A stretch of DNA of 64,000 nucleotides from Pseudomonadota bacterium (GCA_018823135.1 JAHJJF010000059.1:444-64443); one strand, 5' to 3'; counted from the stretch's first letter, positions 10,193 to 20,794 are shown. The notes: generated by a model from the letters alone, not told the origin. Program-made: numbers and translations.

Positions 10193-11467
10193 ATGCGAAA
10201 AGAATTAGGTATCATGTTGGTCTGTGCGGTATTGCTTTTACTAAACACCTCTCATGTCTTTGCCTCGGCTGAAAAATGCATATCCTGCCACAAAGATATT
10301 TCGCCCGGACAAGTGATGGATTGGGAAGCAAGCAAACACAGCAAAGAGGATGTAACCTGTTCCACCTGTCATGGCGACAAACACAACGATGCGTCAGACG
10401 CTAAAATGGCGGCAATGCCCGACGAAGCCGTCTGCGCCGGATGCCATGAAGACCAGTTCAACCAGTTCAGCAAAGGGAAACATAATTTCGGCTGGACTTC
10501 GCTGAATGCCATGCCGGTCACCCATGTGGAACCTGATGAATTAATGGAAGGCGGTCGGGGTTGCGGCGGCTGCCACAACATGGGAATCAAATCCGAGGCC
10601 CAGAAAAAAGAACAACTGGAAAAAGGCTATCACTACCAGAACAATTCTTGCGACGAATGCCACACCCGCCACAGCTTTTCTAAAAAAGAAGCCTTAAATC
10701 CAAGAGCATGCCAGCAATGCCATATGGGGTATGACCACCCGCAATGGGAGATGTGGAGCAGTTCCAAACACGGCACCCGTTATCTTTCCAAAGAAGTCGG
10801 CGACTTGCCTGAAACCGCGGCAGCTCCCAAATGCCAGGATTGTCATATGCAAAACGGCAACCACGAAAACAGGACGGCATGGGGGTTCCTCGGGGTCCGC
10901 CTGCCGCTTCCGGAGGATAAACAATGGGCTGCAGATCGTGTGGTTATTTTAAAGGCACTCGGGGTCCTGAACCCGGAAACAGGCGAGCCCACGGCGCGCC
11001 TTGATGCGGTAAAAGCAGTTGACCTGGCCCGCCTGACTGAGGAGGCATGGTCCACGGAACGAAACAAAATGATCAAAGTCTGCACCCAGTGTCACTCCGA
11101 AACCTACGCCCGAGAACAGCTGGCAATGGGTGACAGCATTATGCAGAAGGCTGATCGTTTAATGGCCGATGCCATAGAGATCGTAGCCGGCCTCTACAAA
11201 GACGGCATCATCAAAAAGCCCAAAGATTATGCCTTTGCCTATCCGGATTTACTCTATTTCATGCGTACCAGCGGCTCGGACATTAATCACATGTCCCATA
11301 TCGACCAGGCGCTTTTTGAAATGTATATGAAACACCGGATGCGCACTTACCAGGCTTTCTTCCATATAAATCCGGATTATGCATACTGGTATGGCTGGGC
11401 GATGATGACCAAGGAACTGGGCAAAATACAGGAACTTGCCCAGACCATGAGGGCAACCCACAAATAA
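10193..11467 (+). CDS. Octaheme cytochrome c, hydroxylamine oxidoreductase (HAO) family
   Basis: Signal peptide; 8 CxxCH motifs; HAO-type 'CDECHTRHSFS', 'CHMGYDHPQWEMW..SKHG', 'HINPDY'; strong SD AGGAGG. Confidence 0.9.
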   Translation: MRKELGIMLVCAVLLLLNTSHVFASAEKCISCHKDISPGQVMDWEASKHSKEDVTCSTCHGDKHNDASDAKMAAMPDEAVCAGCHEDQFNQFSKGKHNFGWTSLNAMPVTHVEPDELMEGGRGCGGCHNMGIKSEAQKKEQLEKGYHYQNNSCDECHTRHSFSKKEALNPRACQQCHMGYDHPQWEMWSSSKHGTRYLSKEVGDLPETAAAPKCQDCHMQNGNHENRTAWGFLGVRLPLPEDKQWAADRVVILKALGVLNPETGEPTARLDAVKAVDLARLTEEAWSTERNKMIKVCTQCHSETYAREQLAMGDSIMQKADRLMADAIEIVAGLYKDGIIKKPKDYAFAYPDLLYFMRTSGSDINHMSHIDQALFEMYMKHRMRTYQAFFHINPDYAYWYGWAMMTKELGKIQELAQTMRATHK

Positions 11468-11735
11468 GCAGAAGAATATATAAACGAATAACACAAGGGC
11501 TGCTGAGAGAATCCTTCTTTTAGCAGCCCGTGTCTAATTATACATGCAATCCCCAAAATTCTTAATCCACTGTCGCTGGAAAGAAAGCCGAGACATTCCA
11601 AAAGAGATTTAATATACTGTGGTCCTCGCTGCCCTTTACCTGTCGCCCGAGCTGACATTGTAAGGTGCTGCGTGAAGGTTAGAACCTTGGCCTTTCCAGA
11701 AAATCTACAAATTCAGTAAATTCGGAGCTTCCTTT

Positions 11736-12272
11736 ATGAAATATCGACATTCCCTGTTCATTGCTTTCCTTTGCTTCCTGCTTCTTACGGCAGGGTGCAA
11801 TAAAGCAAAAGAAAATCCGGTGCCGGTTCGCCTCGGTCTGGTAAACGACTATGCCTCAGTGTTCTCACCGGAAGAGACTGATGCCATGGCTGCCGATCTT
11901 GCCGCTTATGAAAAGGAAACCTGCCATCAAATAATTGTCTTGACCGTCCCCTCGCTTTCCGGCGAATCAATTGCAAGCTTTTCATCTCGTACAGCAAACG
12001 ACTGGGACATTGGCCAGGAAATGCTGGATAACGGAATTCTGCTTACCCTTGCAATGGAAGAAAAATCAGTGCGTATCGAAGCAGGCACCGGTCTTGAATT
12101 CATAGCCAAGGATGAGGTCGGCAAACAGATTCTTGATGAGGAAATACTTCCAAGTTTTCGTCAGGGCCGAATGACCGAAGGGGTGAATAAAGGCATAAGT
12201 GCCATTAAGAAGGCGGCGCGCCTGGTGAGTTATCCGGACAATCACCGGCCTTCCATCTGCCTCGGCCAATAA
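11736..12272 (+). CDS. TPM-domain (YgcG-like) lipoprotein
   Basis: Lipobox LTAGC; 'VNDYA.VFS', 'W.IG....DNGILL', 'RIEAG.GLE'. Confidence 0.85.
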   Translation: MKYRHSLFIAFLCFLLLTAGCNKAKENPVPVRLGLVNDYASVFSPEETDAMAADLAAYEKETCHQIIVLTVPSLSGESIASFSSRTANDWDIGQEMLDNGILLTLAMEEKSVRIEAGTGLEFIAKDEVGKQILDEEILPSFRQGRMTEGVNKGISAIKKAARLVSYPDNHRPSICLGQ

Positions 12273-12348
12273 CTCTGTTTCTCAGTCAACCCGGCAACTT
12301 GCTGATCCGACACTTCCCTCGGCGAGTTTTCAGCATTCAGATGGCGAA

Positions 12349-13614
12349 TCAACCCCAGAGGCCGACCAGCCAGAGGCTCAGGAACGGGAAATAAGTAATC
12401 AGGGCAAGGGTCAACAGCAGTAGTGCGAGGAATGGCAGGGTTGCCCGGTAGAGTTCGGTGACCGGTTTATCGAATTTGTAACTGGCCAGAAACAGGTTCA
12501 GTCCCACCGGCGGGGTGCAGTAGCCGATCTGCAGGTTTGTGAGAAAAATGATTCCCAGGTGGACCTGGTCAACGCCGTATCCCTGCGCCAGTGGAATAAT
12601 CAATGGAACAACCAGGACCAGGGCTGAAAAGATATCCAGCATGGACCCGACAATCAGCAGAAAAATATTCAGGACAAGCAGAAAAGTATACTTGCTTGAG
12701 ATATACTGCCTGATCAATTCAAAGAGCCGCGCCGGGACTTCCTGATCCACCAGGTAATTGGTTGATGCCATGGATGCGGCAAGCACAACCAGGATCCCAC
12801 CGAAGAGCATCATACTCTGCACCATAATGCCGGGCAATTTCTTGATGCTGATATCCCGGTAGATCAGAACCTCAACGATAAGCACATAGAGGGCGGTCAC
12901 CGCCGCAGCTTCGCCAACCACAAAAAAGCCGCCGTAAATGCCTCCAAGAATGATAATCGGCAGGGGTATTTCCCATACCGCCTGCCTGAGGGCGGTGAAA
13001 ATATCAAGTCTGGTAATTTTTTTGCGAAAAGCACGATCTTTCGGACTCTTGCTCACACTGTAGGCAACCAGCAGGGCAAGCATCAGCAGACCAGGAAGAA
13101 CCCCGGCAAGAAACAATTGATCAATTCTGGATTCTGAAATAACCCCGTAAAGGATCAATGGCAGACTGGGCGGGAAAAGCAGACCAAGACTTCCTGACGA
13201 TGTAATCAGCCCCAAGGAAAATTTTTCTGAATAACCATCTTTGACCAGGGCGGGAAAGAGCAGGCCCCCCAAAGCAAATATCGTGACTCCCGAAGCACCG
13301 GTGAAAGCGGTAAATATGGCGCAGACACCAAGGGCAATCACCGCAAGCCCTCCCGGCATCCAGCTGAGCAGAACATTGGAAAGATTGAGCATGCGATGCG
13401 GCGCACCGCTCTCGGAAAGCAGGGTGCCGGCAAAGATGAACAGGGGGAGAGAAAGCAGCATCGGCGTATCTGAAAGACGTGACATTTCGATAATTACTAC
13501 TGAAATATCAATATCCGCCCCATAAAAGGAAAACAGGGCAAGGCCGGCGATGATCACAAATAACGGAGCACCGAGAAGCGCAGTGAGCAGAGTGATAAAT
13601 TTAAGTATATTCAT
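12349..13614 (-). CDS. dctM: TRAP transporter large permease
   Basis: Polytopic protein; 'GLLFPPS.PLILYG', 'IGYCTPPVGLNLF'. Confidence 0.92.
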   Translation of the reverse strand: MNILKFITLLTALLGAPLFVIIAGLALFSFYGADIDISVVIIEMSRLSDTPMLLSLPLFIFAGTLLSESGAPHRMLNLSNVLLSWMPGGLAVIALGVCAIFTAFTGASGVTIFALGGLLFPALVKDGYSEKFSLGLITSSGSLGLLFPPSLPLILYGVISESRIDQLFLAGVLPGLLMLALLVAYSVSKSPKDRAFRKKITRLDIFTALRQAVWEIPLPIIILGGIYGGFFVVGEAAAVTALYVLIVEVLIYRDISIKKLPGIMVQSMMLFGGILVVLAASMASTNYLVDQEVPARLFELIRQYISSKYTFLLVLNIFLLIVGSMLDIFSALVLVVPLIIPLAQGYGVDQVHLGIIFLTNLQIGYCTPPVGLNLFLASYKFDKPVTELYRATLPFLALLLLTLALITYFPFLSLWLVGLWG

Positions 13615-13624
13615 GCGCTGAGTT

Positions 13625-14158
13625 TTATTTCACTTGAACAAATGATTTCGGCAGGGGATTTTTCTCTGCAAAACAAGGAAGTTCAGTAATGCTTGCGATG
13701 AGAAAACGTAAAGAGATCAGAGCAAAAGCAATGGGAAAAACCAGGTTCCAGATCCATGAGGGAACGGAGAGCAGCACCCGGTTGCCGAATTCCGCTTCGT
13801 TGCGGATGAAAATAATTGCCGCCCAGGTGAGGATTCCACAGACAGAGGCTGAAAAAAGATTGATAACCATCCGCAGCCAGGGCTGATATTTTTCGGGAAG
13901 CAGGTACGATATGATATCAAGGGCGATATGCTTGCCGCGGCTGGTTACGGCTGCCGCACCGAACAAGCCGGCCCAGATCACCATATACCGCAGAAGCGGG
14001 TCGATCCAGAGATAGCCGCCGGTAGAACCAAAACGCAGAAAAATCTGCAGGCATGCGACAATGATCATTGCCGCAAGCAGCAGGCAGAGGAACAACTCTT
14101 CCAGCCGTAAAAACCAGAACCCCATAAACCTGAACGAGCTTTGCAGTTGTTTGAGCAT
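13625..14158 (-). CDS. dctQ: TRAP transporter small permease
   Basis: 4 TM helices, 'GKHIALD' motif, position between dctP and dctM. Confidence 0.9.
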   Translation of the reverse strand: MLKQLQSSFRFMGFWFLRLEELFLCLLLAAMIIVACLQIFLRFGSTGGYLWIDPLLRYMVIWAGLFGAAAVTSRGKHIALDIISYLLPEKYQPWLRMVINLFSASVCGILTWAAIIFIRNEAEFGNRVLLSVPSWIWNLVFPIAFALISLRFLIASITELPCFAEKNPLPKSFVQVK

Positions 14159-14207
14159 TGGTATCTTCCGTGCCGGAGCAATAGGATGTCAAAAGGCCGG
14201 CACTCAG

Positions 14208-15227
14208 CTATTTGGCCTGCGCACGATACAATTCCAGCTGATTGAGTGTTTCGGTATAGATAGTTTCAGAAAAGGCTCTGCCGATAATCTGATTGACACT
14301 CGGAGTCCGATACGATTTCAACTGTTTCCGGGATTCATCATCCACGGCAACCAACTTGACCCCGTTTTTCTTGAGCACTTCAAGGGCCTCATCATTACTT
14401 TTTCTGGTTTCGGCAAGGAGTATGCCAAAGTATTTCTGCGCAGTGACTTCGATTATATTTCTATACTCAGCCGGCAGCAGGGAAAATTGCTTGCCGTCTA
14501 AAAGAAAAGCACCGTATGCATAGCTGAAGGGGATATCGGAAATATAGCGTGCCCTGGTGAACCACTGCATGACTATAGCGCCGTAATACGAATTAAAAAC
14601 AGTATCAACCAGGCCGGTCTGCAGGGAAGTAAGGACATCGGGGATGGATAAAACAGTTCCTTTAACTCCGGCTGTTTCCAGATAGGGTGGATTCACTTTA
14701 TCACCCTCAGGCAGCCAGGTTTTGTTTTTTCTCATATCTTCAAGGGTTGCCAGGGGCGTGGTTGACATGGCATAAACAAAACCTACTTCCGACATGGCGA
14801 TGAGAGCCAGCCCTTTATCCTCAAAAGCCTTTTTAAAATGGGGCATAAGCTTTATCTTCACCCAGTCGACTTCTTCATAAGAGTCGAAAATAAAAGGTAC
14901 CCCCATGACCCGGAAATCCGGGACAACCTCGCTGATTCCAGTCATCGTAAAGCCGCCGCCATGGAGCTGTCCGACCTGCATTTTTCTGTAGACCGCCTGC
15001 TCATTGCCCATGACCCCGCCGGGATATACCTTGAAGGCCACCTCACCGTTGGTTTTCTGCTGAACTTCATTGGTAAATTCATCAAACTGCCTGGCCCATA
15101 CGCTCCCCACCGGGGCAAGGGAAGCGATCTTAAAAAGATATTTCGACCTGGCCTGGGCGGTAACACATATACAGATAACAGCTACAGTCAAAAAAATGAT
15201 AAGCAGAGATTTATTCAATCGGGTCAT
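14208..15227 (-). CDS. dctP: TRAP substrate-binding protein (TatP-type DctP)
   Basis: 'KIASLAP.GS.W', 'YPGGVMGNE', 'DVLTSLQTGLVD'. Confidence 0.9.
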   Translation of the reverse strand: MTRLNKSLLIIFLTVAVICICVTAQARSKYLFKIASLAPVGSVWARQFDEFTNEVQQKTNGEVAFKVYPGGVMGNEQAVYRKMQVGQLHGGGFTMTGISEVVPDFRVMGVPFIFDSYEEVDWVKIKLMPHFKKAFEDKGLALIAMSEVGFVYAMSTTPLATLEDMRKNKTWLPEGDKVNPPYLETAGVKGTVLSIPDVLTSLQTGLVDTVFNSYYGAIVMQWFTRARYISDIPFSYAYGAFLLDGKQFSLLPAEYRNIIEVTAQKYFGILLAETRKSNDEALEVLKKNGVKLVAVDDESRKQLKSYRTPSVNQIIGRAFSETIYTETLNQLELYRAQAK

Positions 15228-15236
15228 GAAAACTCC

Positions 15237-16094
15237 TTAAAAAAAATCGTCTATTTGATCGAGAAGCCGGCGGGCCTTTCTCTTGGCAACCTGGTTGGTC
15301 AGGGATAATTCAGGTCGGCTTTCAAGGGGAAAATCGACTACTTCCTGCAAGAGTTTTCCATACAGGTCGCGGTCAAAGGTCATGCGTGCGTAGTTTTCCG
15401 CAAAAGCCACCTGGACCGCCAGAAACTGGTGGTTGCTGATGGCCAGGGCCTTTTCGAAGTGCTGCCGGCTTTTTTCCGGTTGGCCTCCATACATAGAGGG
15501 CCGGGATCCATAATAAACCCCGAGGAAAAGATGCGCGGCACCGTTGTAATACGTATCCTCCAACTCAACGACCTTAAGCATGATCTGCTCTATTTTTAAA
15601 AGATCCGCCAGGGCCGCAGGCGAGCCATCCTGATGCATAATGTTGGTGGCCCAACCGTAACCGCCCCAGAAAAGGGCGTCCACATCATTCTTGTTAAAGC
15701 CGGAAATGGCATTCTCGAACTCAGTCACCGGTTTTTCCACATTTTCCCTGAATTTCGGAAAAAGGCCAAGAAGGGTAAGACCGTATTTTTTGGCCTTGAG
15801 GCTCAACTGGCCCATCCGCTCATCCCGGTTGCATTCGGCAAGAACCGCCGTATAAGATGCATAAGCCTGGGTGCCGGCCATGAGCATCTTCAGGCTTTGA
15901 GGGTTGGAAACGATAAGGCTGTCAATAATCAGAAGAAAAGAAGGCGCCCCTTCACAGACAAGATTCAGATCTGTCTGCTGCTGGAGATTCTCAAAGGTAG
16001 GATCAATAACATAGTTCACCACCACGGTGGTACAACCACTGAACAATACAAGCAATATAAGGGCAAAGACTGTTCGTCTTATTGGTTTGGACAT
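15237..16094 (-). CDS. TRAP transporter T-component lipoprotein (TatT family)
   Basis: Lipobox FSGC after MSKP start; 'YY.GAAHLFLGVYYG.RP..YGG....SR.HFEKAL', 'N.VAK.KA..LL..ID.FF'. Confidence 0.85.
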   Translation of the reverse strand: MSKPIRRTVFALILLVLFSGCTTVVVNYVIDPTFENLQQQTDLNLVCEGAPSFLLIIDSLIVSNPQSLKMLMAGTQAYASYTAVLAECNRDERMGQLSLKAKKYGLTLLGLFPKFRENVEKPVTEFENAISGFNKNDVDALFWGGYGWATNIMHQDGSPAALADLLKIEQIMLKVVELEDTYYNGAAHLFLGVYYGSRPSMYGGQPEKSRQHFEKALAISNHQFLAVQVAFAENYARMTFDRDLYGKLLQEVVDFPLESRPELSLTNQVAKRKARRLLDQIDDFF

Positions 16095-16384
16095 ATGATT
16101 TTGCTTCCCGCAGTCCGCCTCAGGGGGAGGGGAATCTCCGTTAGCAGAAAAGTTAATCTGATCAGATTCCATCTTTGATCATGTTTATTTTATTCAAAAG
16201 AATCTAATATAAAAAAGTTAAAAAGGGATTAATTTTTCAAATTGTATATTATTTTTTTCAGGTTGCGCTGAGCGGCACATATCTCTTTCGCTGAAAGCGG
16301 CTGCTTCATATAGCTGAGGTATAAATTAACTAACCCGGAAATTTCTCAAAACTATTCACGACATTGGGTTAGCCCTCTTGCTGA

Positions 16385-17092
16385 TCACTTCAACCGAAAA
16401 TTAACGTGCGTCCGGTAAAGGACTGCAACGTTATTTCCGTCAACCTTTCCGGGGATAAATGTTGATTTGAGAAAGGCCTCAATCGCTGCCTGGTCAAAAA
16501 TCTCACCCGCAGATTTCAGGATTGTAACCTTCCGGACCATCCCCGTATCATCGATGAGTGCTTCCACCTTGACCGAAGCAGACCGGCCGAGCAGCTTCAT
16601 GCTTTCCGGAAAAACTGGAGTCTCCCGATGCAGAAAACGAGGTGTTGCGGTCAACTTGAAAAACGGCACAGGGACCGGCAATGGCTCCTGAACAGGTATT
16701 CCCTCCGGTTCCGGCTCGGTAGATTCAAACACCCCGGCAGTTTCAACAGTCTCCTGCTCCTGGACCTGCACTTCCTTGCGGGTCTCTACCGGCTCAACAA
16801 TCTTTTCCTCAACAGGTTGCGCCAATTTTTCTTGCGGTTTTACAACGATCTTTTTTTGCGGTATGGGGATTTTTTTTACAACCGGTTGTATTTTTTCAAC
16901 CTGCTTTCTCACCGGCGGGACGGGAGGTTTCAGTTCCACCAGTTCGACGATCAGTAGAGAATTCTTAAGTCGATCATGCCACGCACCTGATGAGAGTAGC
17001 GGGATCATCGCAAACAGAGAATAAGTAAGAGATACCCCGACAAGCACCGCAATACACGAATCAAAGACCTCAGCGTTCAGTTGCCTTGTCAT
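16385..17092 (-). CDS. tonB: TonB family energy transducer
   Basis: N-terminal TM, Pro/Lys/Glu-rich linker, TonB C-terminal domain. Confidence 0.85.
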   Translation of the reverse strand: MTRQLNAEVFDSCIAVLVGVSLTYSLFAMIPLLSSGAWHDRLKNSLLIVELVELKPPVPPVRKQVEKIQPVVKKIPIPQKKIVVKPQEKLAQPVEEKIVEPVETRKEVQVQEQETVETAGVFESTEPEPEGIPVQEPLPVPVPFFKLTATPRFLHRETPVFPESMKLLGRSASVKVEALIDDTGMVRKVTILKSAGEIFDQAAIEAFLKSTFIPGKVDGNNVAVLYRTHVNFRLK

Positions 17093-17498
17093 CGGTGGCG
17101 ATCCCTATTTTTTTTGCGCCGCAGCTCTTCCCGGCATCCATCACCCGGATCAATGCTTCAGTGGTGGACCTGCGATCCGCCTTAATCAGCACCATATTAT
17201 CCGGATGGAATTGCAGGGTTTCCTTTAACAATCTTTTCAAATCCTCCATAGTAATCCGCTTTTCCTTGAAAAAAACTTCCCCCCTTTGATCCACAGTGAC
17301 CACAAAATGATTGTTTGTGAGTTGAGCGGAATGTTCTGATTCAGGTTTTTCAATCTGCAGGCCGGACTGTTCCGGAAATACGGTGGTAACCATGAAAAAA
17401 ATCAGCAGCAGAAATACGATATCGATCAATGGTGCCATAACAATTTCAGGCTTTCCACCGCGTGGCTTCGGTATATTCAAAATGGCTGGATCCATCAA
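17070..17498 (-). CDS. exbD: ExbD/TolR biopolymer transport protein
   Basis: 'PLIDIVFLLLIFFMVTT' motif. Confidence 0.92.
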   Translation of the reverse strand: MMDPAILNIPKPRGGKPEIVMAPLIDIVFLLLIFFMVTTVFPEQSGLQIEKPESEHSAQLTNNHFVVTVDQRGEVFFKEKRITMEDLKRLLKETLQFHPDNMVLIKADRRSTTEALIRVMDAGKSCGAKKIGIATDDKATER

Positions 17499-18142
17499 TT
17501 GTCACTCTGCCCGGAATTTTCTGTACCCTTCTGGGATATAAGGACATCAATATCTCTACTTAACAACACATGCAGACTCTGCTCAGTAATCGTCATCAAA
17601 AGCCCCAGACGCTGCACCAGGACATGATGGAAAAAAATAACCGGGATGGCAATAGCCAGGCCGCTTGCCGTGGTCAATAAGGCCTGAGAAATTCCCTGGG
17701 CCATTGCCTCTGAATCTCCTGTGCCATGAAGCGCCACGACTTCAAAAACATTGATCATCCCGGTAACCGTCCCCAGCAGTCCCAACATGGGCAACAGTGA
17801 ACCCAGGGTGGCGATGGTGGGCAGAAAACCTTCCAGGCCCGACATGGTTCCGGCCAGCTGCACATTAATCTCTTTTATAAGTCCCTCTTTTGAATGTATC
17901 CTGGGCCATTCCAGCTTTTTAAGCAACCTTGAAACAGGACTGTGCCCCTTCTGCTTGATAAATTGAACAAGATCGACCTCTCGCCTGTTAAGCTTATCAA
18001 AGACACATCTGGCATGACGAATTTGTCTGGTCAGAGAGATAGTCCGCTCCACCAGCATGATCATCGCCACACAGGCTGTGACAAAGATCACCCACATCAA
18101 GGGACCTCCGCGCTCCATTAAAGACATGAATGTAAAAGGCAT
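17495..18142 (-). CDS. exbB: ExbB/TolQ/MotA proton channel
   Basis: 'PMLGLLGTVTGMI', 'GISQALLTTASGL'. Confidence 0.92.
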   Translation of the reverse strand: MPFTFMSLMERGGPLMWVIFVTACVAMIMLVERTISLTRQIRHARCVFDKLNRREVDLVQFIKQKGHSPVSRLLKKLEWPRIHSKEGLIKEINVQLAGTMSGLEGFLPTIATLGSLLPMLGLLGTVTGMINVFEVVALHGTGDSEAMAQGISQALLTTASGLAIAIPVIFFHHVLVQRLGLLMTITEQSLHVLLSRDIDVLISQKGTENSGQSDN

Positions 18143-18154
18143 AGTACTTCCTTA

Positions 18155-20485
18155 TTAAAATTTGCTCTCAACCCCGAAAAACGGGAAGAACAACATATCG
18201 GTAATCGGCGTCGGATTATTAACATCCTCATACTCGGGACCATAATCATAGCCGATAATATTTTCCTGGAAAGTGGCGTTCTGCAGGTCGATATAGAATT
18301 TCATCTTCCATTCATTAAACATGAATTCCCGGTCAAAACGCAGATCAAGTTTATAATAAGTCGATGTGCGTTCACCGTTATGCTCTCCATATTCCGGTAT
18401 CCAGCGGCTGGTTGGATCAGCCGGGTCCTCCCGGTGACGGCCGGTGACACTGGTATACGGGGTGCCGGAATGAGTGGTGAAACGAAAACTCCACAGCCAT
18501 TTGTATCCTATGCCCGGGAACGGCTGCCCCCAGACAAGGGTGAGTGAAAACGGCCGGTCACCAGAGAAATCCCGGGTTATACCGGTGATATTATTGGTTC
18601 GCTCCGACTTGCTGTATGAAAAACTCATCCAGCCCATCTTGCGGTCCTGCTGTTTTCTTTTAAAAAATACATCAAGCCCCCAAGCCTCTCCTTCTCCCTC
18701 ATTGGCAAAATTATCCGGCGGATCATTCTGATCCAGAGGAATTACCAGGTCGGTCATCTCCTTGTGGTAGACCTCTGTCTTAATGCTGTAAAGGGGGGTG
18801 AGCTGATGCTCTATTCCCAGAATCCGATGCTCAGCCTTGGTAATGTCCATGCCGGGATTGCCGAAATTCTCCAGGATAACGCCGCCCTCGGGCATCTGGA
18901 CATATCGCCCCAGGGTTGCGGTGAGCAAGGTATCCTGAGTGAGGGCATACTCGACAGTTCCGCGGGGAGAAAAATCCTGGGAACGAAAACCTCCTGAGAC
19001 TCTGACATCTGAATAACGCAGGCCCAGAATAGTTGCCATCCTGTCGGTCCACTGCAGGCGTTGTTTAACATATGGAGCTACCCCTGTGCCATAGAGGGTT
19101 TCATTAAAATGGCGCTTTTCAAGGGAAGTAAAGTCAAAATCAATGTCATCCTCGGTGGGTGCCCGGGAAATGTAAATATCCACCGGGATATCATAGTAAT
19201 TCAAGGATAGTCCTGTAAAAATCCTGTGGTCGTTATTCAACTTCCAGCACCATTCAGGCTGCAGCATGTAATGGTTGATCTCGTCTTTGATGAAAAATGG
19301 CGCACCGCTATCGTCACGGCCCAACTCCACATCTTCTTCGATTCCGGCGTATGCCAGGGCTATCGTCTGATCAAGGTTGGCCGACCATTTCTGTTTCCAG
19401 TTCAGTCCTATGGTCAGATAAGAAATGGTTGAAGATAATTCACCCTGAAGATGCGGATCTGATTTGGCGGAATCATTGAGTTCCATGGCCATGGTGTCGC
19501 CTGCCCCGAAGATGTAGAATTCCAGGTTGCCTTCCGTCAGCTTATGATTATAAATCCCCTGGTAATCATAAAATTCAGGCACCTTGGTTATCTGATCCGG
19601 ATTCTCATCATCCGTATCCTCAAACAGGTCATTGAACTCGGTGGGAGAAAAGAGCAGATCAATATAACTGCGGCGGCCGGCAAGGAAGAAACTGCCGTTG
19701 CCATCGGCACTGCCGACCGGGCCTTCAAGGAGTATTGATGAGGCCAGGGTCGAGATATCCAGATTGTAATGCATACGATCATTCTCCGGGGTCCGCAGTC
19801 TGACGTCAATGACCCCGCCCAGTGAATCCCCGTACTCAACGGGATAACCGCCAAGAAAAATATTCATGTCCTCAATAATCGCCGGATGAATGGTTGATTG
19901 CTCCCCACTCCAGTGATAGAGATAGCCGATCGGGACCCGGTCAACCCAGATGATATTGTCAGCAGCGCCGCTGCCCCGCATATACACCCCACCGGTACCA
20001 TCCTGAGCCATAACCACACCGGGTAAAGAGAATATTGTCTTCAACGGGTCGCCGCCGCTCCCCGGGGCCAGGAGTAATTCTTCTTTTTCCAGACTGAGTT
20101 TGGACGCCTTCTCAATAATGCGCTCAGCCACAACCTCAAGGCCTTCACCTTCAACTATGATCGGCACAAGATAAACCTCAGTAAAATCGCGCTCTGCAGG
20201 TAACTCCTGAATCAGGACTTCGTAGCCGGCAGCCAGCACCTTGACCTTCTTCGGCCAGTCAGCACCTGTAAATGTTACATCACCATTTTCATTGCTGGTT
20301 TCATAGATTTCACTTTCATCCAGCACAACACTTGCCCCTTCTATGGGCACCCCACTGCCTTTCTCCAGAACCTTGATGGTGAAATCGGCGCCGGAGGCCT
20401 GCTGGACCGGGAGTAACAACAACAGCAGGGTGCCAAAAATGCTGTAAACCATGAAGGCACAAGAAGTGTTAAGAATCGTTTTCAT
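18155..20485 (-). CDS. TonB-dependent receptor with N-terminal carboxypeptidase-regulatory-like domain
   Basis: Plug motifs 'SLPGV...YMRGS', 'GGYPVEYGDSLGGVID'; beta-barrel; C-terminal Phe. Confidence 0.9.
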   Translation of the reverse strand: MKTILNTSCAFMVYSIFGTLLLLLLPVQQASGADFTIKVLEKGSGVPIEGASVVLDESEIYETSNENGDVTFTGADWPKKVKVLAAGYEVLIQELPAERDFTEVYLVPIIVEGEGLEVVAERIIEKASKLSLEKEELLLAPGSGGDPLKTIFSLPGVVMAQDGTGGVYMRGSGAADNIIWVDRVPIGYLYHWSGEQSTIHPAIIEDMNIFLGGYPVEYGDSLGGVIDVRLRTPENDRMHYNLDISTLASSILLEGPVGSADGNGSFFLAGRRSYIDLLFSPTEFNDLFEDTDDENPDQITKVPEFYDYQGIYNHKLTEGNLEFYIFGAGDTMAMELNDSAKSDPHLQGELSSTISYLTIGLNWKQKWSANLDQTIALAYAGIEEDVELGRDDSGAPFFIKDEINHYMLQPEWCWKLNNDHRIFTGLSLNYYDIPVDIYISRAPTEDDIDFDFTSLEKRHFNETLYGTGVAPYVKQRLQWTDRMATILGLRYSDVRVSGGFRSQDFSPRGTVEYALTQDTLLTATLGRYVQMPEGGVILENFGNPGMDITKAEHRILGIEHQLTPLYSIKTEVYHKEMTDLVIPLDQNDPPDNFANEGEGEAWGLDVFFKRKQQDRKMGWMSFSYSKSERTNNITGITRDFSGDRPFSLTLVWGQPFPGIGYKWLWSFRFTTHSGTPYTSVTGRHREDPADPTSRWIPEYGEHNGERTSTYYKLDLRFDREFMFNEWKMKFYIDLQNATFQENIIGYDYGPEYEDVNNPTPITDMLFFPFFGVESKF

Positions 20486-20655
20486 TGAAGGTTTTATTCT
20501 CCGCAGCTAACAATATAATGAATCCGTTCCTCATAACAAATACCCACATTATTTTCAAACTTAATTCATGGGTTTTATCATAACTGCAATTTTATGATCA
20601 CGCTCACATTAAATACTGAGCATTCTCTCCTGTCAAGGACTAAGATCGTAGTCCT

Positions 20656-20700
20656 AAAAAAAATGGGGTTACGGAAAAGCGTCCCCCGGTTTGATATTGG
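20656..20700 (-). repeat. Degenerate copy of the tRNA-Pro downstream terminator/att flank
   Basis: AAAAAAAATGGGGTTACGGAAAAGCGTCCCCC resembles 20885-20917 and 32298-32330. Confidence 0.6.
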
Positions 20701-20710
20701 ATGATATATT

Positions 20711-20794
20711 CATGATGTTGCCTCCGGTCCTAAAACCGCTGCTATGGTCAAAACCTATGACAGAAAACTAAAGAATGTCGATGCTACGAAGTAA
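20711..20794 (+). pseudogene. C-terminal remnant of a tyrosine integrase related to 29881-30900
   Basis: Translates HDVASGPKTAAMVKTYDRKLKNVDATK* versus ASGHKTAAMVEVYDRKPKNVNATR* in the intact integrase. Confidence 0.85.

Noticed and set aside
20486-20650. Cobalamin riboswitch or Fur box upstream of the TonB receptor
   Set aside because: No recognisable consensus
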